Assembly: GCA_025558095.1 (NCBI GenBank)
Contig: JAIVFI010000007.1
Span: 1 to 64,000 of the forward strand
Source: Hyaloraphidium curvatum SAG 235-1
Taxonomy: Eukaryota; Fungi; Monoblepharomycota
Length of the DNA stretch: 64,000 nt
Reading direction: 5' to 3'
Below, piece by piece: positions 56,270-64,000 of the stretch; the first letter of the stretch is position 1, and each line of letters opens with the position of its first letter. The position numbers and the translations under genes were made by a program. The notes under the pieces were generated by a model that saw nothing but the letters and a program-made list of their open reading frames with translations, did not search any database and was not told the DNA's origin.

Positions 56270-58848
56270 TCACCCATCCTTACCCTCTCCCACACCGAGT
56301 ACCAGAACGTTCTCTCCTCCCCCTGCCTCCCCATCGCGTTCGCCCCCGCGCTCGCCCCCACCTTCTGCCCCGCGGCCAGCGCCGCCGTGTGCGTGGCGAT
56401 CTGCTCCAGCGCCCCGGCGAGCAGCTCCGCGTAGTCCGGCGCGGCGTCGGCGGGCTGCAGCGCCATCGCGGCCTCGGCGGCGCGCACGTATGCCACGTGC
56501 ACGAGGCCGGTGCGCACGATGCAGTACTGGAAGAAGGGCGAGGCCATCTGGACGATGATCTGGTCGAGGGAGAGGAGGCGCCGGAGGAGGCCGGTGGCGC
56601 GGATGGCGTGCTCCTGGCACTGCGGGATGAATGTTTTCGGGTTAGGAATCGCACTGCGCGCTGGGGGAGTGGGAGACTCACGACGAGGAACGCCGGGCTC
56701 TGCAGCCAGTCGTACGGCAGCTCCTGACTCCAAATCTCTGCCTCCCCCGGGCTGGAAAGCAGCACGTGCGCCACGTGGTACATGAGCAGCACGTAGGCAA
56801 TCAGCCCGACCAGGTTCCTCTCGTCCTTGGACCCCGAGTTGCGCGAGGGCAGGAAGGTCCCGGGCTTGGCCAGCGTCCGCAGGTCCAGGGCCCTGAAGCT
56901 TTCGGGTAGCTCCTCGAACCACGAGTCGAGCTCGAGGGAGAGCAGCGTGCGTGCGTCCGACTCGAGGTACGGCCACGAGTTGGAGCGGCGGTGGGCCATG
57001 ATGCGCTCCAGGAAGACGAAGAGGCGGATGTACGAGTAGGCGGGGTCGAAGACGCCGTCGGGGGTCGAGGAGGAGACGAGGAGGCGGTGCACGACGGCGG
57101 GCGAGGAAGGCGGGGACGGCGCAACGGTCGGCGAGGGGGGTTCCAGTTTGACCGGGGATTCGAGCTTGACCGGGGATCCCGTCCGGCTCTGTGCGAGGTC
57201 GGCGAACATCCGGGCCGAGGGTTCCGTGAACGGGTACAGGTGGGAGAGATCGGGCGGCGACCTTGGCGGGGAGCTCGACTTCGGTGCTGCCGCCGCGGGG
57301 GACGGGGCCGACCTGGGTGGCGGCGCCGGCGCGTCCGGATCCAGCCCCTCCGCCTCGTCCTCGAGCTTCATTATCTCAAACGCCTTGTCCGACGCCTGGA
57401 TACCGACGTCGAGGCACTCTTGGAATCCGATCACGGGATCGCCGTGGTACATGATGGCCAGCATGCGGTCCATGAGGGTGAGCGTCCACCAGCACCGGCG
57501 CACTCGTTCGAGCTGCGCCGAGATGCGGGGGCGGCGGCGGCGCCGCGGGTCGGGAGGGGGGGCGTAGATGCCCTCGGTGTTAAGGCGCGCGGCGCGGGCG
57601 ACGCGGGTGGCGACGAGCATGACCGCGCGGTAGTCCGAAAAGGGGTCTTCGGTCGGACTGCGAAACAGCGGTGAGGCGGAGATGACGGGGGTCTGCAAAT
57701 CAACCCACCTGCGGAAGCTCGCCGCGACGCTGAGCAGGTGCAGAAACACGATCGAGATCCAGACCGCGAGCGACTTGTACTCCTCCTCGGCCCGGCCGCC
57801 GGTCCCCGGGCCGAGGGGGAACAGGACGTCGTAGCCCTTGAGCACCGTCTCGAGCGGGGCGCGGATCGTCGCCTGCAGCCTTCCGTAGGTAGCCTTGAGC
57901 AGCGACCGGTACGTTTCCATTCCCACGGACGCCATCGTGTCCTTGTCGAACCACAGGGTCCCTGTTGCCACGCTATTAGGTCGGGCCTGCCCGAATACCC
58001 GACTGCTGAACCCACAGAAGCACAGGGTCTGGACGACGAAATCAGGAACTCTGCCCGCCGAAAAGTCCTTGAGAAGCTCCGGCCTGACGGTGTTGTAAAA
58101 GTTGAGGTACAACGAGCTGAAGTAGCTCGAAAGCACCATCTTAGTCGTCGAGTCGTCCATCGGCACGGGGAGGTAGGAAACGGCGACGACGGGGGAGGGA
58201 TGTGCGGCCAGCATGGCAAACTGGCCGCCGTAGAAGCCGACGGCAGCCGCGGGGTGTGACTCGGAGCCAAAGACCGGCATGAGGGTCATGAACGGGGTCG
58301 CCGGGTCCGACACCGCCCCCGCCGCGGGATCCTCCTCGGACGACTCCCGCTCCGTCTTCACGGGGTCCCGGCCGTGCTTCCGCCTGCGCCTGCTCGGGTG
58401 CTCGTAGCCCTGCGCCAGCCGCTCCGACTGCAGGAGCACCGCGAGCTCCACGTCCCTCCGCACCTCCCGCTCGTCGAGCGGCCGTTTCGGCGGCGGGCCC
58501 CGCCGCTTGGCCGGCAGATACGTGCAGTCCAGGCCCTTGTCGGCGCATCGCTCGCAGGTCGCGGGCGGGCCCCGCGTGTTGCAGCGCTTCCGCAGCGACG
58601 TGCAGTTGACCTGCGAGTGGGGTTAAGTCTCGCCGACGCCTCCGATTTAAGCTGAAACCCACGCAGGATATCCGCAGCAGTATGGGGCGCGGCGGCGACG
58701 CGTCGGCGGTGCCGAATGCCGGCAGGGGCGCCGCGAAACGTTCCGCAACGTCCGATTCCCCGCGGGCGGCCGCGGCGGCCGCCGCCCGCGCCCCGCCGCC
58801 GCCGCCACCCGACGACTCGCTGCTCGTCGACGCCGAGGGTGACGGCAT
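56270..58848 (-). CDS. Fungal Zn(II)2Cys6 transcription factor with middle homology region
   Basis: Spliced SC-VNCTSLRKRCNTRGPPATCERCADKGLDCTY..RRGPP; RRCWWTLTLMDR; LDSWFEELP; LMYHVAHVLL. Confidence 0.9.
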
Positions 58849-59001
58849 GGCGCCGTCTGCTTATTTGGTGGCCGGGTCGGCGGGGGAGTGCTGGCCGAAG
58901 AAGTGCGGGGAACTGGGCCCTGGAACGGAAAGCGGTGGCGCTACAATGAAGGACCCCGCCCGCTCATGAATGCCGCGAATCCTACGGCATTTGCCCGCCG
59001 G

Positions 59002-62000
59002 CTACAGCATGTCCTCGATCGCGTCCCGCGCCGCATCCATCGTCGGCCTCTTGTCGGCTTCGGCCTGCCAGCACGCCTGCATCAGCGCCCACAGCGCATC
59101 CGGCGTGCCCTCGGGCCTGTCGGGCCTCTTGTTCTCCACCGCGACCTGTAACCACTCAAGCCATCAGCGGCCGGGATCCCCAGCCGGCGCTTTCCAACCC
59201 ACCTGAAAAACCAGCGCCACGACGTTCTTGATGTCCTGGAATGGGTAGAGCCCCCTGCTCGCCACCTCGTAGCACACCATTCCGAATGCGTACACGTCCG
59301 CCGGGGCGCGCAGGGACCGCCCGTTCATCAGCTCAGGCGCGACAAACCCCGGCGTGCCAAACAGCCCCCCCGCATGGGTCATGCTGGCCACGGTGTTGGT
59401 CTGCTCGCGCACGCGGGAGAGGCCAAAGTCGGTGATGAGCGCCTTGCCACCGTCCACGAGCACGTTGAGCGATTTGAGATCGCCGTGGAGCACGTGGACC
59501 GAGTGCAGGTAGGTCATGCCGCTGGCGACCTCTGCGAGCAGCTTCAGGCCAAGGGGCAGATCCCACGCCCGTCGATCAAGATATTGCCGCATGTTCCCGC
59601 CGTCGGCGATCTCGCTGACCATCATCGGCGGCTCGACGCAGTAGGCCATCAGGGGCATCACTTTCCGGCGTCACCGTCAGCATCCACTTGGGTCATACCC
59701 CGTGCGACCCACCGTTCCTCTGCACCAACCCCTCCCAATTCCTCACCTCCCTCGCGAACGCCGCCGCCGACGCCGCATCCGCCCCCTTCATCGTCTTGAC
59801 CGCCACCCTCACCTTGCCCCTCAGCCGCCCCTGGTACACCGTGCCGAAGGTGCCCTCCCCGAGCGGCTTGGCGTAGTCGATCTCGATGTCCGAGGCGGGG
59901 ACGAGCAGGCGGCTCTGCTGCACGGGGGTGTTGGGGGAAGGAGGCCGGTTCGAGCCGGTGGAGGCGGGGATGACGGCGATCTGGGGGCCGCCTGCGGGTT
60001 CGGGGGTGCGAGCCGGAGCCGCGGCGGCGGCCGATCCCGAGGCGGAACCGGATGTGGATGCTGGGCGCGCAGGAGACTGATCGGAAGCTGATCCCTGGCT
60101 TGCTGGGCCTGCGTCCTTTGGTGCGGCTTCGAGGGCCGCGGGGGCGGCGACCGCGGATTCGATCCTCGGAGTCCAGGCAACTCCGGCGTCCGCACTTGCC
60201 GAAGATATCTTGCCCCATACTTCCTCGGTGACAGCAGGAACAGAGGAACCAGCGGGTGCGAGGCCCGATGCGGCCGGGACCGGCGGGGGCTCGCGGCCCG
60301 CAATCTCTGTGACGGCGGGCACCGACGGCACCGAACCTTGGGCAGAAGCATCGGCGGGCTGAGAGGCTGCCGCTCCCACCGCGGCAATTGCAGCTGCGGC
60401 AGGGACTCCGGGTCGCAAGGCAGGAGCAGAGGCTTGCACAGGAGCCGAGGTCACCGACGCCTCGAGCGCCACGTCGTCCGTGGCAGCGCGCACCGACAAT
60501 ACCGGTGCCTGCAATGCGGTCGGCGTTCCTTGCACCGGAGCATCCTCTGTGACGGCGGGCACCGACGATCCTGCCGGCGGTTTGCCGGCCGCTTGCACCT
60601 CTTCCGTGACCAGGGGCACCGAAGACCCTGCACCTGACGACGCGACCGCGGTGCTCGACCCCTCCGATGCCCCGATCGACGCGGCAGCGATACCCGCCGC
60701 CGCCGCAGCGCCCCAAACAGCCGTCCCCTCGGTACCCCTGTGCGACGCTTCGGTGGGCACCGGCACGCTGCCCACCGATCCCTCGAACGCCGTGCTCGAG
60801 CCCGCTTCCGAGATCGGGGCGGCGAAGGAGGGCATGACCTGCGTGGCGGAGTCGGCAGGAACGGCTGATTTGGGCGAGACCAGGCCGGCGGTTGGGATGA
60901 CAGCAGCGGCGGCGAGGATGGGGGCGGCGGGCGGCAGGGCTGCAGGTTGGGGTGCAGGCAGAGGGGGTGGCGCAGCGTCCGCGAGGTTCTTGGCCGCGCC
61001 GTTCGGTGCGACAGCTGCTTCGGCGAGTCCGTTGCCTGCCGGCGGCGGCGGCCCGCCTCCGTTGTACTTGGCACCGAACGCATCAGACCCATCACCAGGC
61101 TTGGCCCCTGTCACCCCGCCCTTCTCCGCAGCCGCAACAGGTGCCTTTCCCGCATTCTTTCGCCGCGTGTAGACGACGGCGCCGCCGATTCCCGCGACGG
61201 CAGCCAGGCCTCCGACGACGCCGCCGACGATCGCGCCGATCGGCGCGCCGCCGCCGTCTCCGGAGGAGCCGGTGCCGGTGGAAGTGGGAGAGGGGGCGAC
61301 AGCGGCGAGGGTGGTTGATGTGGTTGAAGGGGAGGCCGAGGGGGTGGGGGAAGGCGAGGGGGAGGTGGCGGCGGTCGTCGCGGGGGCGGCGGAAGTCGTG
61401 CGCGAGTTGGTCGTTGTGGTCTTTACCGTCGTCGTGGTAGTCGTAGTGGTCGTTGTAGTCGTTGTAGCAGGCGCCACGGGTCCGACCTGCGCCGGCACGT
61501 TGAGCTGCCCCGCCCCGTTGACCCCCCACCCCCGCACGGACCCATCCGACAGCCTCGCAAGGGAAAACGTCTCCCCCGCCGCCAGCTGCACCACGTTCCT
61601 CAGGTCCGAAGGCACGTTGCATGCGGCGGACTGCCCCCAGCAAACCACGGTGCCGTCCTGCCGGAGGGCGAGGGAGTGGTAGTACCCCGCCGCGACCTGG
61701 CGGATCCCCGAGAGTCCGGAGGGCACATTGATCTGTCCAAAATCGTTGCCACCCCACGCCTGGACGGTTCCATCAAGGAGGAGTGCCACGGTGTGAGACC
61801 AGCCACAGGAGACCGAGGCGACACCGCCGGCCCGCAGGGCGGCTGGGATCGCGAGCTTGTTGTTGGAGGTATCGCCCTCACCCCGGAGGCCGCCATCGTT
61901 CCGGACCGCGATCACAAAGGCGCCGCCGGCCGAGATGGAACTGCAGGGGCCGGTTTCCCGGATGAAGGTTTCCAGCGGCGGCACGGTGCTAAAGTCGACC

Positions 62001-62524
62001 AGTGTGCCGTCGTTCTGCACGCCCCAGTTGAAGTCGATCCCAGCGGAGACGCTGCGCATGTTAACGGCATTGGAAGGAACAACGAGAGCTCTGTTGTCGG
62101 AGCAGCAGCCCCACGTCTGGGTGGTGCCTGGCACGGGATCAAAGTCAGCCTCAGCTTCTCAGGCCATGGCAGACCCACCGTCCGACAGGCGGGCGATTCC
62201 GTGAGCGGTCCCGAGGGACACCTGCGTCACGCTCGTTCTGAAGCCCGGCAGGCTCGTCTGCCCGCGGTCGCTCGCACCCCACGCGGCGACGCTGCCGTCC
62301 GAGAGCACCGCCGCGGCAAAGTTCTGCCCGCACGCGATGTTGGTCGCCGGCAGCGCCGCCGCGGTGCCAACAAAGGCAGCGGCGCCGATCAAGAAAGGGA
62401 TCAGCCCCGCGGAGGCGACGCCGCGTCCGCATCGTGCCGGACTTTGTCCGGCGCGAGGGACGGCCGCGCGGCACTCATTCCCTCCGCGCGGCGCCCGCCC
62501 GCCCGGCTTCGCGCGCCCGTCCAT
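59002..62524 (-). CDS. Single-pass receptor-like TKL kinase with seven RCC1/BLIP-II repeats
   Basis: Hydrophobic signal; 7 x ~38-aa repeats (VAAGYYHSLALRQDGTVVCWG type); poly-Thr stalk; TM IGAIVGGVVGGLAAVAGIGGAVVY-TRRK; GEGTFGTV, VAVK, HGDLKSLN, DFG, APE, DVYAFG, CW..RPTM; 3 introns. Confidence 0.9.
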
Positions 62525-62908
62525 GGCGGCAGGTAGAAGCTTGATGGATCTCTTCGAGCCCCCTCGGAGGGACGGGCGAGGGAACGGCCGGTGCGGGGGT
62601 CCGGCGCTCCCCTGAATCGGGGCTTCGACTCGCGCAAAGTGGCTGGGGAGAAGTGTCATAGTTCGCGGTCCCATGCGCGCGGAACTGCCGTCCCCGCAGC
62701 AAAAGACCAATCGACGGGTGCGATCAGCCGGCGGCCCGTTTCTGCGGGCGGCCTGGCGTCTGCTGCCCGGCCAGCCGGCGCAGCGCTGCGATGAAGCACG
62801 TGCCAACAGGCCGACTCCGCATCCCAGCTCCTCCGGACCACACGGCCATCCCGAAGCAACCTCCCGCCTCCGTCCCGCGCAGATGTCGCGCCCTTTCCCT
62901 CCCCCATC

Positions 62909-64000
62909 TCATCCCTCCTTCATCCCCATGCTGCTCCCAACTCCCGGCCCCGGCTTGGGCGGCCACGCCTCCCCGTACAACCGCCTGAACCTGATCGCCA
63001 GCGCCGCCTCCCTCCCGTACAGCAGCACGCTCCTCGCATTGATCCACGCCAGCCCGTCGCACTTCCCGAACGGGTGCGGCCGCCGCGCGCCGTAGCCCCC
63101 GTATGCCGGCGCCTGCGCGAGCATCGAGGCGTTGCCGCAGCGGGTGCCCCACCGCCTTTCCGGATCGCGGGGGTCCGCGGTCCACCCCGGCGCAATGCTG
63201 GGGCATGCCCGTCCGAGGTTGGCCCACGCCATGGAGTTCTCGTAGACCCCGGCGAAGATGTAGTCCGGCCCCGTGCGGGCGTCCAGGCAGTCCGCGGGCC
63301 TGAAGTCCGGCAGGGAAGAGACCCACGCTTCGGCCCAGTACCTGCCGAGGCCGACGTAGCTCTCCAGGCATTTGTCGACGCCGTGCTCCCGCGCCGCGGC
63401 CCCGTAGGCCGCCAGCCTCGCGGGGTCGCGCATCATGCGGGGGTCCACGAGGCGCGCAACGTGGTCGCACCGCGCCCAGAAGAAGTTGCCCGTAAAGTGC
63501 GGGTACGGCACCGCCGAGAACCTCAGGCTGCACACGTCGTATTCCTCCATCAGGGTCGCGCAGCGCGGCGTGAGCACCGCGCAGTCCAGCGCCTTCCGGA
63601 AGCGCCCGTTGATCGGGCTGGGGTTCGCCGAGCCCTTGTTGTGCCAGTACAGGACGGCGGCCTCGGGGTCGGCGCGGCAGAAATCCCAGAGGTCGCCGAG
63701 GGTCTCGAGCTCGTCCCCCGCGGGGAGGTGCTTCATCCGCCGGGCCTTGGGCGCCCCCGGGAGCACGATCTCGGCCCCGTCCGGACCAAAGGTGTTGTAA
63801 AACACGCGCTCCAGCATGCTCCACGTGCCCGACGCGTTGAGCACGGCCAGCTGGTCCGCGATGATCTCGGCGTACGGCGCGCGGGTCCGGTCGGCAAATA
63901 TGTTGTAGAAGCCGTACAGCTTCCGCGTCCGCGGGGGCTCCGTCGGCGCCGCGGAAGGGCCCGGAGAGGGGCCGCCCGTCTCGCCCAACGAGGATGGGCG
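62909..64000 (-). CDS. Uncharacterised glycosyltransferase-like protein, 5' end outside window
   Basis: ELETL..LWDFC..VLYWHNKGS..HFTGNFFWA..RYWAEAWV; the ORF runs to the window edge. Confidence 0.5.
   Translation of the reverse strand, partial: RPSSLGETGGPSPGPSAAPTEPPRTRKLYGFYNIFADRTRAPYAEIIADQLAVLNASGTWSMLERVFYNTFGPDGAEIVLPGAPKARRMKHLPAGDELETLGDLWDFCRADPEAAVLYWHNKGSANPSPINGRFRKALDCAVLTPRCATLMEEYDVCSLRFSAVPYPHFTGNFFWARCDHVARLVDPRMMRDPARLAAYGAAAREHGVDKCLESYVGLGRYWAEAWVSSLPDFRPADCLDARTGPDYIFAGVYENSMAWANLGRACPSIAPGWTADPRDPERRWGTRCGNASMLAQAPAYGGYGARRPHPFGKCDGLAWINARSVLLYGREAALAIRFRRLYGEAWPPKPGPGVGSSMGMKEG

Noticed and set aside
9065-58848. Secondary-metabolite biosynthetic cluster (P450, BVMO, PhyH, SDR, Zn2Cys6)
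   Set aside because: No PKS, NRPS or terpene backbone gene, and the genes are dispersed among unrelated ones.
1-64000. tRNA/rRNA/ncRNA genes
   Set aside because: No recognisable signatures by eye; tRNAscan-SE or Infernal would be needed to exclude them.

Overview
This is GC-rich, gene-dense eukaryotic DNA, not a prokaryotic window. Most genes are split by short (~50-90 nt) GT-AG introns, many with CTGAC/CTCAC branch points, so the ORF track shows exon fragments. A Zn(II)2Cys6 transcription factor marks the organism as a fungus. The GC content, intron style and TKL kinases suggest an early-diverging lineage (Monoblepharidomycete/Hyaloraphidium-like; inference). I reconstructed about 28 gene models by hand; splice sites and some starts are approximate, and family calls come from recalled motifs, not database searches. 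Highlights: (1) a ~9 kb intron-containing surface-protein gene built from bacterial-adhesin modules (Ig/Big_9-like domain, 12 SdrD-B-like domains of which 10 form a 372-bp tandem array, mucin stalk, Cys-rich tail); (2) a single-pass receptor-like non-RD TKL kinase with a 7-blade RCC1/BLIP-II ectodomain; (3) two Sel1-repeat/kinase paralogues related by an inverted local duplication. They are reciprocally truncated, one carries a foreign kinase tail, their repeats vary at specific positions, and the derived copy is bracketed by a duplicated ferritin 3' end; (4) several intron-bearing but bacterial-looking genes (GapN, FtnA-type ferritin, SDR, DUF1254/DUF1214); (5) secreted SUEL lectins, CFEM-like GPI proteins, a HIPL1-like protein, a 3D-domain-like protein and a cationic propeptide. 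No rRNA, tRNA, CRISPR or transposase was found.
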